DNA of 64,000 bases from Candidatus Kaiserbacteria bacterium (GCA_963699165.1 OY969413.1:916562-980561), one strand, 5' to 3'; positions 26,946-37,114 are shown, counted from the stretch's first letter. Program-made: numbers and translations. The notes: generated by a model not told the origin, from the letters alone.

Positions 26946-28727
26946 ATGTCCGGAGTCAAGACATTTCTAAAAAAACATCGACCGGCCGTCGCGCTTGCGG
27001 TCATCATACTGGCGCTCACCGCCCTACCTGCGCTCGACATTTTCCTTGTGCTTGGGAATTCTTGGCATGGCATTTTGCCGAACTTCAGCGACGAACTTAA
27101 TTTTGCCCGCGTGCATACGATAGGCGAGGGACATCTCACGGACGGCAACGCGTATTACTTCGAGCATCGCAACGGGCCGCCGCTCGTCGTTTTCGGCGGC
27201 GCATGGCTTAACGCGTTACCGCTATTTGCGGGCGTGCCGTTCAATACCGCGCTGTACATCAATTTCATCATTTGGAGTTTGCTTTTTGCGGCAGCCGTCT
27301 ATTGGCTCTTTCGAGAGCTCGGCGTTCCTCGATGGGCAAACGTGTTTGGCACGCTATTGTTATATCTGGAGGGCTATGTCCATGTGTGGAGGCCGGCAAA
27401 TCTTCAACCGGTATATCCGTTCTTCTTTTTATTCTACGTCGCCCTTGCCCGGCTTATCCGTGAACAGAGTCGCAAAAACATAGCGTTGCTTGCGCTTGTC
27501 ATAGGCGTCTCGTTTTATGTATTTGCGTATTTGTGGCAAATCGCGGGCATCACTCTCCTCCTCTTTTTGCTGTATGCGCTTAGCCGCAAGAATTGGGCGC
27601 TCGCAAAAGCAATAGCCGTTTCGGGATGCATCGGCGGCATCATCGGACTTCCGATACCCGTATACATGCTTTGGCTATCCAATGCATCGCCCTATTTCTG
27701 GCAGAGTATGGGACGGCTGGGTCTCGTGAATACGCATTTGCCCATGGCAGAAGTTATCTACTCGGGCGGATGGGTCGGCGTCATTCTTGCTTTCATGGCC
27801 ATACTCGCTTGGCGCGTTTGCCGTTTGCGGGAAGACGCGGATTTCCGACGGCTGAACGTATTTGTTTGGATTAGCGGACTCGGTCTTTGGGTTATGCAGG
27901 GAAGCAATCTTTTTACCGGCAAATTGCTCGAGACGGGCGAGCATGTGCGGCCGTTCATTTTGTTGTGGCTTATCTTTGTCACCGTCGGCATCGGCGTATT
28001 TTTGTGGAGTCGGCGGGCGCTATTCTCGAAGCGGATGCGCGGATTTGTCGGCATTATGCTCGGAATTCTTTCGGTGGCGAATGCGTACTATATCTACGAT
28101 GTATTTTCTCCGGTCATTTCACCGAACATATTTCGCGGACAATGGCAGACAGAACAGCAGTATGCCGGTCCGTTTGCGTGGCTCGATGAAAACGTGCAAG
28201 ACCCAACTGTGATATGGAGCGACCCGCATAATCCTCTCGCCGCGGACTTGCCGATCTTTACCAAACACTTCACGCTCGATGCCTACTGGGGAATGCTCGA
28301 GCTCGCACACGACAGCGAAATACGGGAGCGATACCTCGTCTCGCAGTATTTTAATAATCCGACATTGGCGGATCTCAAATCCCTGCCTGAAATGTCGCTC
28401 TATCTCGGGCGCCATGATTTGCCGCATGAGGCGGAAACGATTAATCGAGGAGTCAAAATTTGCCAAATGCTATTCTTTTGGAACAAGAACAAAAATTGCG
28501 GGACGCTCGTAACGCCGCAAGAAGTGCTCGGCGACAAATTCTTTTCGGATATGGAGACCGAGTTTCAGACGGACATCAAACCGAATATAAAAGCGTATCT
28601 GAAGAAATATCATGTTACCTACATACTCAAAGACGACGTCTTGGATCCGACGTATCAGCCCGAAGAACTTGGGGCCGTGCGCGTCTATGCCGATTCCCGG
28701 TTCGAGATTTATCGTTTGCCGCAATAG
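26946..28727 (+). CDS. Multi-pass membrane protein, GT-C-like (uses a lipid-linked sugar donor?)
   Basis: About 11-12 hydrophobic segments, DE in the first loop (FSDELN), soluble C-terminal domain; next to GtrA and GT2. Confidence 0.6.
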   Translation: MSGVKTFLKKHRPAVALAVIILALTALPALDIFLVLGNSWHGILPNFSDELNFARVHTIGEGHLTDGNAYYFEHRNGPPLVVFGGAWLNALPLFAGVPFNTALYINFIIWSLLFAAAVYWLFRELGVPRWANVFGTLLLYLEGYVHVWRPANLQPVYPFFFLFYVALARLIREQSRKNIALLALVIGVSFYVFAYLWQIAGITLLLFLLYALSRKNWALAKAIAVSGCIGGIIGLPIPVYMLWLSNASPYFWQSMGRLGLVNTHLPMAEVIYSGGWVGVILAFMAILAWRVCRLREDADFRRLNVFVWISGLGLWVMQGSNLFTGKLLETGEHVRPFILLWLIFVTVGIGVFLWSRRALFSKRMRGFVGIMLGILSVANAYYIYDVFSPVISPNIFRGQWQTEQQYAGPFAWLDENVQDPTVIWSDPHNPLAADLPIFTKHFTLDAYWGMLELAHDSEIRERYLVSQYFNNPTLADLKSLPEMSLYLGRHDLPHEAETINRGVKICQMLFFWNKNKNCGTLVTPQEVLGDKFFSDMETEFQTDIKPNIKAYLKKYHVTYILKDDVLDPTYQPEELGAVRVYADSRFEIYRLPQ

Positions 28728-28730
28728 CGT

Positions 28731-29426
28731 ATGGAAAAACAAACCGATGCCGCACTAGGGGAATCATCAGACGGAGCCGTATTGCAGAGGATGTATCGCG
28801 CCCGCTTCGAAGGACGCCTATCCTACAGAAACGAAGTGTGGCAGGCGCTGATTAAGAACTATTTTCAGCGGTTTGTCCGTCCGCAGGATGCCGTGCTGGA
28901 TTTGGGAGCGGGCTACGGCGAGTTTATAAACAATATTGCATGCGAAAAAAAATACGCACTCGACTTGAATCCCGAAACCGTTCGGCGGGTTAATTCGGGG
29001 GTTCAGGTGCTTGCGCAGGATTGTTCAAAGCCATGGCCGCTTCCGGACAATGCGCTCGATGTCGTGTTCACGAGCAATTTCTTTGAACATTTGCCGCACA
29101 AAAAGACACTCGCCCTTGTTCTTGCCGAGGCGCGTCGATGTCTTAAACCGTCCGGCTTGCTTATCGCGCTCGGGCCGAACGTCAAACATCTTCCGGGCGC
29201 GTATTGGGATTTCTTGGACCACTATATTCCGCTGACGGAACTTTCGCTTTCCGAGGCGTTCACCCAGCAGGGATTCGGTATTGAAAAGTGCGTGGAGAAA
29301 TTTTTGCCGTTTACCATGGTCAACGGTCCGCACTACCCGGTTATTTTTATCGAGGCGTACCTGCATTTCCCGCCCGCGTGGCGCATACTTGGCAAGCAAT
29401 TCTTGGTTATAGGGAAGAAGGATTGA
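28731..29426 (+). CDS. Class I SAM-dependent methyltransferase
   Basis: VLDLGAGYGEF, SNFFEHL, LKPSG. Confidence 0.9.
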   Translation: MEKQTDAALGESSDGAVLQRMYRARFEGRLSYRNEVWQALIKNYFQRFVRPQDAVLDLGAGYGEFINNIACEKKYALDLNPETVRRVNSGVQVLAQDCSKPWPLPDNALDVVFTSNFFEHLPHKKTLALVLAEARRCLKPSGLLIALGPNVKHLPGAYWDFLDHYIPLTELSLSEAFTQQGFGIEKCVEKFLPFTMVNGPHYPVIFIEAYLHFPPAWRILGKQFLVIGKKD

Positions 29427-29428
29427 AT

Positions 29429-29713
29429 ATGAATCCCGTTAGAGATAAACAATTTGCATATGTGTACGTACTTCGTAGCGAAAAGGACGGTAAATTTTAT
29501 ACGGGGTGCACACAGGATTTACGGAAACGTTTTCAGGAACATATCGCAGGGAAGGGAGGTTATACTAAACATCGTGGACCCTATACGCTCATATACTACG
29601 AGGCTTCAAAATCTCTTGACGACGCCTACGATAGAGAACGCTATCTCAAAAGCGGCATGGGTAAACGCTACATTAGGAATCGCCTCAAACGTTTCCTATC
29701 TCTAACGGGATGA
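29429..29713 (+). CDS. GIY-YIG nuclease family protein (94 aa)
   Basis: YVYVLRS...FYTGCT.DL.KR..EH..G...YTK.RGP..LIYYE.....DAY.RE.YLKSG pattern of small stand-alone GIY-YIG proteins. Confidence 0.92.
   Translation: MNPVRDKQFAYVYVLRSEKDGKFYTGCTQDLRKRFQEHIAGKGGYTKHRGPYTLIYYEASKSLDDAYDRERYLKSGMGKRYIRNRLKRFLSLTG
29434..29710 (+). mobile_element. 277-bp palindrome-ended element carrying the GIY-YIG gene, flanked by TGAA direct repeats
   Basis: TGAA|TCCCGTTAGAGATA ... TATCTCTAACGGGA|TGAA; perfect 14-bp terminal inverted repeats. Confidence 0.8.
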
Positions 29714-30846
29714 AAATTTACTACATCGTTAATGCCCGCATGCCGACCGACAAGGCGCATGGGATACAGGTAGCCAAGATGTGTGAAGCATTTATCGAGG
29801 CAGGGGTAGACGTTACGCTTGTTTTCCCTCGCCGTTTCGGAATCGAGGAGTCCATGCGCGAGCACTACGATTTGCGCGTCGACATTCCGGTTGTGCGGCT
29901 CCCGGCGTTCGATTGGGGTATGGGAGGCCCTTTTTACTATCGTCTTAGCGCTCTGACATTCGTATGTTCGTATCTGTGGTTTTTTTATACCGCAATAGAT
30001 CGTAAGAATGCGGTCGTGTATACCGTCGATCTCGACCATATAACTTGCGTCGGCCTGCCGTTTCTCGGCCTGCCATATTTTTCAGAGATGCACGGCGGGA
30101 AGCCGCGGAGTTTGTTCTATCGATTGTTTTTCAAGAGAATGCGCGGCATCATAGCGACGACTACCATCACTCGCGATGAACTCGTTCGGAAATTCCATCT
30201 TCTTCCGGAACGGGTTCTGTTCGAGCCAAACGGAGTTGACTTCGCGCATCTCTCATCGCTCTCGCGAGAGAGCGCGCGCCGCGAGCTCGGTCTCCCGATA
30301 GAGAAACCCCTCGCACTTTATGTGGGCAGAGCGCTGTCCTGGAAGGGGATTGCTATACTCCCCGAAGCCGCCGCACTGATTTCCGATATCACATTGGGAT
30401 TTCTCGGCGGCACTGAGGAGGAGTTCAAAGCGGCATTTGGCGTCCCCGGCGCACCGGTCGTCTTTTATGGCAGCAAGCCGCACAATAAGGTGGGCACGTG
30501 GCTTGCGGCGGCCGATGTCTGTTTGGTTATCGGCACGCGGCACGACGAGTATTCGTATCGGTACACTTCGCCGATGAAGGTATACGAATATCTCGCAAGC
30601 GGAAGGCCTATTATCGCAAGTTCGACTCCGGCGCTTCACGATGTGCTTGGCGAGGACGAGTGTTATTTCTGCGAGCCGGATGATGCGGGGAGTCTCGCGA
30701 AAGCGATTGCGGCTGCGGTTGCCGATCCGGTGCGCTCAGAGCATATTGCGGAAAAGGGCATCGCGCGCGCGCGGGAACACACGTGGCAGAAGCGTGCGGA
30801 GAGGACAAAGACATTTATAGAACAGCTGACTTTGCACTCAAAATGA
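29710..30846 (+). CDS. Glycosyltransferase family 4
   Basis: EPNGVD, YVGRALSWKG, SPMKVYEYLASG. Confidence 0.92.
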   Translation: MKIYYIVNARMPTDKAHGIQVAKMCEAFIEAGVDVTLVFPRRFGIEESMREHYDLRVDIPVVRLPAFDWGMGGPFYYRLSALTFVCSYLWFFYTAIDRKNAVVYTVDLDHITCVGLPFLGLPYFSEMHGGKPRSLFYRLFFKRMRGIIATTTITRDELVRKFHLLPERVLFEPNGVDFAHLSSLSRESARRELGLPIEKPLALYVGRALSWKGIAILPEAAALISDITLGFLGGTEEEFKAAFGVPGAPVVFYGSKPHNKVGTWLAAADVCLVIGTRHDEYSYRYTSPMKVYEYLASGRPIIASSTPALHDVLGEDECYFCEPDDAGSLAKAIAAAVADPVRSEHIAEKGIARAREHTWQKRAERTKTFIEQLTLHSK

Positions 30847-31715
30847 AACAACTTGCACATTTCAAGGCCTCTGTAAAATCCGGCGATGGGGAAGATGGCG
30901 TCATCGAGGAAATATTTAACCGCATTGGCGCGAGGTCCCGCGTCTGCGTCGAGTTTGGCGCCTTAAACGGCACGCATCACAGCAATACCTGGAATCTCAT
31001 CAACAATAAAGGATGGCACGCGCTCCTTATAGAAGCCGACCGCACGTACTTTGAGAAATTGCAGACGCTGTATGAGCACAATCCGAGCGTGCAGTGTCTC
31101 AACTCGTTCGTATCCTTCGAGGGAGAGAATTCGCTTGATGCAATTTTCACCCGCGCGGCGCTTCCGCGAGATTTCGACCTCATGTCTGTCGATATCGATG
31201 GCAATGATTATCATGTGTGGGAATCGATGCAAGAATTTAAGCCGCGCGTTGTGATTATCGAGTTCAATCCGACCATTCCGAATGATATTTCCTTCATACA
31301 GCCCCGCGACATGCAGGTGCAGCAGGGTTCGTCGCTCCGCGCGCTTGCAGAACTCGGCAAGAAGAAGGGCTATGTGCTGGCTTCGGTAATCGGCTCAAAC
31401 GCATTCTTCGTTAGCGAAAGTGATTTTGTCGCGCTCCACGTGGAGCAGGAATCACTTGAGGCATTGAACCCCGACACGACTTTCTATACGCGGCTTTTTC
31501 AGCTTTATGACGGCACGCTGGTGCTTGATGGCTACAAGAATTTGCTCTGGCGCCGCATACCTATTGACGAGGCAAAACTGCAAGTCCTGCCGCCTCGCAA
31601 GCGTGTATTTCGAAGCGGTATAAGCGCCGACCCGTTCAAGCGCCGTCTAGCGTACTATGTGCGCCGCTCGCCGGCGTATGAGCTTCTCAAGGCGCTTCGC
31701 AATCTCTTTCGTTGA
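30843..31715 (+). CDS. FkbM-like methyltransferase-fold protein
   Basis: GEDGVIEEIF, VEFGA, SVDIDGNDYHVW, PRVVIIEFN. Confidence 0.75.
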   Translation: MKQLAHFKASVKSGDGEDGVIEEIFNRIGARSRVCVEFGALNGTHHSNTWNLINNKGWHALLIEADRTYFEKLQTLYEHNPSVQCLNSFVSFEGENSLDAIFTRAALPRDFDLMSVDIDGNDYHVWESMQEFKPRVVIIEFNPTIPNDISFIQPRDMQVQQGSSLRALAELGKKKGYVLASVIGSNAFFVSESDFVALHVEQESLEALNPDTTFYTRLFQLYDGTLVLDGYKNLLWRRIPIDEAKLQVLPPRKRVFRSGISADPFKRRLAYYVRRSPAYELLKALRNLFR

Positions 31716-31716
31716 T

Positions 31717-31899
31717 ATGAACGAATTTTTAAAAAAAATTATTCCTGTGGAATGGCGCTATGTTGAGACGGTTGCAGACCCAAGCTCTCGGATATCGGCA
31801 TTGAAGGAACGGGCGCGATTTCTCATGCAGAAAGGGTATACACTATACAAGCTATGCGGCGCCTCGCGAATATTTATTAATTCGATTACTGCAAAATGA
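31717..31899 (+). CDS. Short ORF, possibly an internally deleted gene remnant
   Basis: 60 aa, tightly packed between operon genes; no motif. Confidence 0.35.
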   Translation: MNEFLKKIIPVEWRYVETVADPSSRISALKERARFLMQKGYTLYKLCGASRIFINSITAK

Positions 31900-31942
31900 A
31901 ATTTTTATCGCATCTGCGAACGAGGGTTGGTGTAGCCGTATT

Positions 31943-32581
31943 GTGCGCGCGCGCCATGGAGTCGTCATTTTCTTTCAGGATAAACCTCGCCGGGACGATC
32001 TCGACACGGTTCATAAAGTGAGCAAAGAAACAAAAATGCTTATCTCGGACCACGAGGCATATCAGCTCATGATGGCCGTTCGACGTACAAAAAAAATACC
32101 CGGCGACATTGCCGAGGTCGGCACTTATCGCGGCGGCTCTTCAAAACTCATTGCGATAGCGCGCGGAGATGACAGTGCAAAGCACATTTACCTATTCGAC
32201 ACATTTGAAGGATTGCCGCCGCTCACAGACATCGACCGTACCCATTTTACCGACGATCAATATCCGGCTGATCTTGCTGAAGTAACCGCATATCTTGCTC
32301 CGTATCCAAACGTATCTCTCCATAAAGGTATATTTCCTCAAAGCGCCGGACCGATACTCGACAAGCGATTCTCATTTGTGCATTTAGACGTGGATTTGTA
32401 TGAGGCAACGCGAGATGCCATCAAATTTTTCTATCCGCGTATGGAGCGGGGAGCCGTATTAATTTCGCACGACTATTCAACCGCGCCCGGAGTGAGGAAG
32501 GCGATTGATGAATTTATGGCCGATAAACCCGAAGCGGTCTTTGAGTCCTCATGGCGACAATGTTTTATCGTGAAGATATAA
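31943..32581 (+). CDS. TylF/MycF/NovP-family O-methyltransferase (true start may be 31896 via a (GC)n slip)
   Basis: PGDIAEVGTYRGGS, FDTFEGLP, HLDVDLYE, HDY. Confidence 0.88.
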   Translation: MRARHGVVIFFQDKPRRDDLDTVHKVSKETKMLISDHEAYQLMMAVRRTKKIPGDIAEVGTYRGGSSKLIAIARGDDSAKHIYLFDTFEGLPPLTDIDRTHFTDDQYPADLAEVTAYLAPYPNVSLHKGIFPQSAGPILDKRFSFVHLDVDLYEATRDAIKFFYPRMERGAVLISHDYSTAPGVRKAIDEFMADKPEAVFESSWRQCFIVKI

Positions 32582-32584
32582 GCC

Positions 32585-33604
32585 ATGCCAATTAATAAAG
32601 CACTGACCTTTCGCGCGTCCTCCATCGGTGATTGTCTGATGGGGAAGTATTTGCTCGAGAATATCCACCGGCAATATCCGGATGCGCGGCTCGGTATTGT
32701 CGTGGCAAGCAGGGGAGCGATGATTCGCGACCTCTTTGCGGCATATCCGTGGTTGGAGATACTCGAGGCGAGTCGCCGCCGCCCCTCGTCTCTGGTATCG
32801 CTGTGGAAGCGATACCACGGAAGCGACCTCGTCGTAACGCAGTATGCGGGAAAAAAGGGCGGGAAATTCGCCCTCGCGAGTAAGATTGCCGCGCGGGTAC
32901 TTTGCAAACGAGGCGGCTTGGTCGGTTTTGAAGATTCGTTTCGTTTTAATAATCTTGTTTATCACCGACTCATCCCTTTTCGGCTTGATGTTTCCATCAC
33001 CGGGCATGAACGCACCGCGTTGAAGTCAATCGGGCTTCCCGTGTCAATTCCGTTCCCTAAACTCGAAATCGTTCGGGATGACTCGATAGTGTCCAAGTAC
33101 CATTTAGAAAAAAATGCCTATGTGGTGGTGCATCTTTTTGCGGGAAATAAAAGCCGCGGATTGTCTCCGGATAAGAAGCGGGCTCTCATAGAATCTCTTG
33201 TCGAGCAGTTCCCCGGACTTCCATTACTCGTAACCGGAGGACCTGACGACCGGGAAGAGGCGCTCCGCGTTGCGGAAGGCACTTCCGCGATAGTTTGTGC
33301 AGGGGAAACGAATTTGCAGGAAACCATGAATTTGATTTCGGAAAGCCGCGGAGTCGTGAGCGTTGACACCGGCATCGCGCATATCGCGGCCCAGCTCGGG
33401 AAGCCGCTTGTCGTTTTGCGTTCATGCCTTGCGCCCAACTGGTGGTTTGAAGAGCAATATGGAAAGAGTTCTCAAATTGCCGTATTTTCTTGCGATTCTG
33501 TTTGTGCCGAGGGACATATCGCGCAATCCTCCGGCTACCCGAAATGTCTTGATAGCATCGATATGGAGGAAGTCGCACAGAACGCCAAGAAAATGTTGAC
33601 ATGA
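32585..33604 (+). CDS. Glycosyltransferase family 9
   Basis: RASSIGD, VSVDTGIAHIAA. Confidence 0.88.
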   Translation: MPINKALTFRASSIGDCLMGKYLLENIHRQYPDARLGIVVASRGAMIRDLFAAYPWLEILEASRRRPSSLVSLWKRYHGSDLVVTQYAGKKGGKFALASKIAARVLCKRGGLVGFEDSFRFNNLVYHRLIPFRLDVSITGHERTALKSIGLPVSIPFPKLEIVRDDSIVSKYHLEKNAYVVVHLFAGNKSRGLSPDKKRALIESLVEQFPGLPLLVTGGPDDREEALRVAEGTSAIVCAGETNLQETMNLISESRGVVSVDTGIAHIAAQLGKPLVVLRSCLAPNWWFEEQYGKSSQIAVFSCDSVCAEGHIAQSSGYPKCLDSIDMEEVAQNAKKMLT

Positions 33605-35511
33605 AGCGGAACCTTTCTTGCCGGAACGGCGTTGTAGCATTTATGGGAACAGAGAGATCGGTGCTTATTTCAGAATTGAGCCAGTTGGCGGAAGTTCTTG
33701 CGTACAAAGAAGCGCATCCGAATGCGCCGATTATTTGCATTGATTTTTGGGTCGAGCGCGAACTTGAAAAGAAAGGGATTAAATTCACCTCGCTTAGGGA
33801 CTTTGAGCCCGCGGAGGAGACGGAAGAGGAGTGGTGGGTTCTCGCGCAAGATATTGCGCGAGAGTGGTACCGTCTCCCCGCGATGCGTTTTTTCGAGTAC
33901 AAGGGTATCAACATCGGCGAAGCGCTTGAACCGATGTTGCAGGAATATCTATCGAGGTTGTTTTATTTCGGGCGAATATTCCTCGCGCTGAAGAAATCAC
34001 ATCCGGAAGTCCGTCTCTATATTCCGACTCCGGCAGTAGAGGACATCCCGACCGTAGGACCTCTGGCTTTTTTCGAGCGATGGGCGGTTATCGATGCCGC
34101 GCGAATGACGGGTTTGCAAAGCGAAGCGTATGATACGCGCATGCTGTCGGACCGGCATGTATTTCCCCGAACCGCGGCAAAATCGTGGACCATTCGTTTG
34201 TACAATTTATTGGTAGGCTTTGCTCCCCGTCGACCGCTGAAAATCTATGCGAGCGAGTATTGGTCGCACATCGCTCCCGTCATCGAGTCAATGAATGATG
34301 CGGAGCTCGTTTTGATGGAAAGCAGCCAGCTCAAAAATATTTCATGGCGGCAAATCTTGAAGCATCGCATTCGCATCCAACATCCGGCAGACGCGACAAC
34401 CGGCCGGATGAAACGCAATGCAATCCGGCTTTCAAAAGAATTTCTCGAACAGTGGGGGAGTGCAAAAAAAGATGTCGGAGATTATTTTCTTTCAAAGAAC
34501 GCCGAGCTCGATTGGAGTCCCGTGCTCGAGGCCTGCGAATATTTGATTTCGTATTCGCCGAGAATTATCGCAGACATCGACGCATTGCGACGCATAATGG
34601 AGCGGGAGAAACCTGCGGTCGTCCTACAGCGCGCATCGATTGGAGGTCACATGCACCATTTCTTCCTTATGGCCCGCATCTCTGCGCAGCTCAAAATTCC
34701 ATCGGTTGAGTTGCAGCATGCGGGTGCGGTGTTCGACCCGCGGTCCGTGCATTCGCGTCTCGAAACATCGTATCTGGCTGCGTACGGCGAAATCGAGCGG
34801 GAACAGTATGCCAAAAACGGATATGTGCCGAAGCGTATCATTCCCATCGGTTCCCCAAGAATCGACACATATCGTGTTCGCTCCTCCCAAGCGGGTCATG
34901 AACGCGAAACGGTATTGCGGTCGCTCATGTTGGATACGGAGAGGCCAGTTGTCTTGGTAGCGATTCCCTACGAAAACGCCGGACTGTACTACGCCGCGTT
35001 CTCTTCGTATGCACTGGGTAAGGTTTTTCAAACTATTCAGCATGTGCGGCGCGAATTTCCGGACATCCAATATATTTTCAAATTTCGGCACCGAAATGTC
35101 GCAGAGTGCCACAGAATGTATCTCGCGGAATTGTTTCCCGAAGGGGGCATTGCAATTGCGGAAACAGACCCTCAACCTTTCATTCAGGTGAGCGACGTTG
35201 TGCTTTCCGGCAATTCGACCATTCTTTACGAAGCCATGATTAATCACCGTCCGCTTATGCTTTACCCGTGGAAGGCTTGGGATGGGAACCTTGGCGTCTA
35301 TAGTGGCGTTGCACCTTTTTTGCATTCCAAAGAAGAACTTTCCGTCGTTCTGAAAAAGTTCTTTTCCGACAAATCATTTGCGCGCGATTTGCTTGAAAAA
35401 GAACAGAGCTTCATCGAGCGGCACGCCTTTGACGGGCATTCCTCCGAGCGCGCTGCGGCGCTGTTGCGCAAAGTGTCTGCGGCGGGCAACAATGCCTACA
35501 AACCGGTATAG
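33601..35511 (+). CDS. GT-B-fold surface-carbohydrate protein (candidate nonulosonate transferase)
   Basis: ELQHAG, IGSPRID, FKFRH, STILYEAM, FDGHSSERA motifs seen in capsule/sialyltransferase-like proteins. Confidence 0.55.
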   Translation: MKRNLSCRNGVVAFMGTERSVLISELSQLAEVLAYKEAHPNAPIICIDFWVERELEKKGIKFTSLRDFEPAEETEEEWWVLAQDIAREWYRLPAMRFFEYKGINIGEALEPMLQEYLSRLFYFGRIFLALKKSHPEVRLYIPTPAVEDIPTVGPLAFFERWAVIDAARMTGLQSEAYDTRMLSDRHVFPRTAAKSWTIRLYNLLVGFAPRRPLKIYASEYWSHIAPVIESMNDAELVLMESSQLKNISWRQILKHRIRIQHPADATTGRMKRNAIRLSKEFLEQWGSAKKDVGDYFLSKNAELDWSPVLEACEYLISYSPRIIADIDALRRIMEREKPAVVLQRASIGGHMHHFFLMARISAQLKIPSVELQHAGAVFDPRSVHSRLETSYLAAYGEIEREQYAKNGYVPKRIIPIGSPRIDTYRVRSSQAGHERETVLRSLMLDTERPVVLVAIPYENAGLYYAAFSSYALGKVFQTIQHVRREFPDIQYIFKFRHRNVAECHRMYLAELFPEGGIAIAETDPQPFIQVSDVVLSGNSTILYEAMINHRPLMLYPWKAWDGNLGVYSGVAPFLHSKEELSVVLKKFFSDKSFARDLLEKEQSFIERHAFDGHSSERAAALLRKVSAAGNNAYKPV

Positions 35512-36215
35512 GTGACGTCCGATTCATCGATACGTCGGTAGGGCTTCTCGTTTACCGTTTCTTCGTAGATATGGGCGATGATACCGGGCGTTCGGCCAAG
35601 AAGGAAAAACGCATTTCCGAGACGCCAGTCGAATCCAAGGTCGGAAATAATCGCCGCCATAGCGCCGTCGATATTTACGGGGAGGTGTTTGCCGCTCTGA
35701 GCGGCGAGCTCAGACTCAAGCGCTCGAACGCGTTCAACTCCGTTTTTTGAGATGCCGAGTTTTACTGCCTCGGCAAGAAGCATTTCTGCACGCGGGTCCT
35801 TGTCTTTGTAAATCTTATGTCCGAAGCCGGGCAGGCGTTCTCCGCGCGCACGCAGAGACGACACAATGTTCGCCGGAGTTTCAGATGACTGCAGATGCTT
35901 CGCTGCGCGTTCAATTGCTCCGCCATGCCATTCGCCGGTCGCGAGAATTCCTGCGGCAAGCGCGGCGTTCAGTTGGTTTCCGACCGATGCCGATACACGT
36001 GCAGAAAAAGCGGAGGGCGCCTCGACACCGTGTTCAGCACACGATACGAGCAACATATCGAGCATTGCGGTCTCTGCCTTTGAAGGCATGCGGCCTCCCA
36101 AAAGCAGAAATATCACTTCAGAGAACGTATGTTTCTCCACCAGCGTCCGTAATGCTTCACCTCGAATATGCAGTTCGCCGTCTTTATGGGTGCTGATTGC
36201 CGTCCGCCATTTCAT
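35496..36215 (-). CDS. Citryl-CoA lyase (citrate-synthase-like domain)
   Basis: WRTAIS, AEHG..APS, HGGAIE, LPGFGHKIYKDKDPR, VNIDGA. Confidence 0.88.
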   Translation of the reverse strand: MKWRTAISTHKDGELHIRGEALRTLVEKHTFSEVIFLLLGGRMPSKAETAMLDMLLVSCAEHGVEAPSAFSARVSASVGNQLNAALAAGILATGEWHGGAIERAAKHLQSSETPANIVSSLRARGERLPGFGHKIYKDKDPRAEMLLAEAVKLGISKNGVERVRALESELAAQSGKHLPVNIDGAMAAIISDLGFDWRLGNAFFLLGRTPGIIAHIYEETVNEKPYRRIDESDVTYTGL

Positions 36216-37114
36216 GTCTTTTTCAGTGCTCTGGTAAGAATAGCAGGAATTTCTTCAACATGGTTTGCTATGAGGACCCCCGCGCTTTTGAGTGCCGATA
36301 TTTTCGACGCATAACTTCCTTGGCCTTGGGACACGATTGCGCCGGCGTGTCCGAGCACTGTGTCTTTCGGCAGGCGGGAACCAAAATTGCCAGCAATAAG
36401 GGCAACGACCGGTTTTTTAAATCGGGAGGTGCGAATGAAGTCGGCGACGCGCTCTTCCGCAGTACCGCCGATTTCGCCAAACATCACAACCGCTTTCGTC
36501 TTTTCATCTTTTGCAAATAGCGCAAAAATGTCGGAGAAGTCAGAACCGGCGAGTACGTCTGCCCCTGCTCCGATAGCAGTACTTTGTCCAAATCCCGCAT
36601 TAGTGAGAGCAAGGGCGATTTCGGATGTCATGCCGCCGCTTTTTGAGATGAGCCCAATGGGTCCCGGAGTGTATGCGCGCACCATTGCCCCGATGCCGAT
36701 TGCACCCACTTTTGATTCTCCGGGCGAAATGATTCCTATCGAAGAAGGTCCGACGATGCGGGTACCGTTCTTTCGCGCCCGTGCAATTATCCACGCAGTA
36801 TCCAAGGTAGGAACATGCTCGGTCAATATGACGACGAGCGGGATTTTCGCGCCAATTGCTTCCTCTGCGGCATCCCTTACGAAGCGGGCTGGAACGACAA
36901 TGAGCGAACAATTAATTTCTCGGTGGTTTTTTTTCGCTTCTGCCACCGAGTTGTATACCGGCACCCCTTCAACCTCGATGCCGCCTTTGCCGGGAGTAAC
37001 GCCGGCAACTATGCGTGTGCCGTAGGAAAGCATGTCGACACAGACGCGCGAACCCTCGTTGCCGGTAATGCCCTGAATGAGAAGCCGTGTCTTTGCGTTG
37101 ATGAGAATGCTCAT
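36212..37114 (-). CDS. Succinyl-CoA-synthetase-alpha-like CoA-binding subunit (citryl-CoA synthetase / ACL)
   Basis: QGITG, GVTPGKGG, SKSGG, GEIGG, phospho-His motif LGHAGA. Confidence 0.88.
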   Translation of the reverse strand: MSILINAKTRLLIQGITGNEGSRVCVDMLSYGTRIVAGVTPGKGGIEVEGVPVYNSVAEAKKNHREINCSLIVVPARFVRDAAEEAIGAKIPLVVILTEHVPTLDTAWIIARARKNGTRIVGPSSIGIISPGESKVGAIGIGAMVRAYTPGPIGLISKSGGMTSEIALALTNAGFGQSTAIGAGADVLAGSDFSDIFALFAKDEKTKAVVMFGEIGGTAEERVADFIRTSRFKKPVVALIAGNFGSRLPKDTVLGHAGAIVSQGQGSYASKISALKSAGVLIANHVEEIPAILTRALKKT

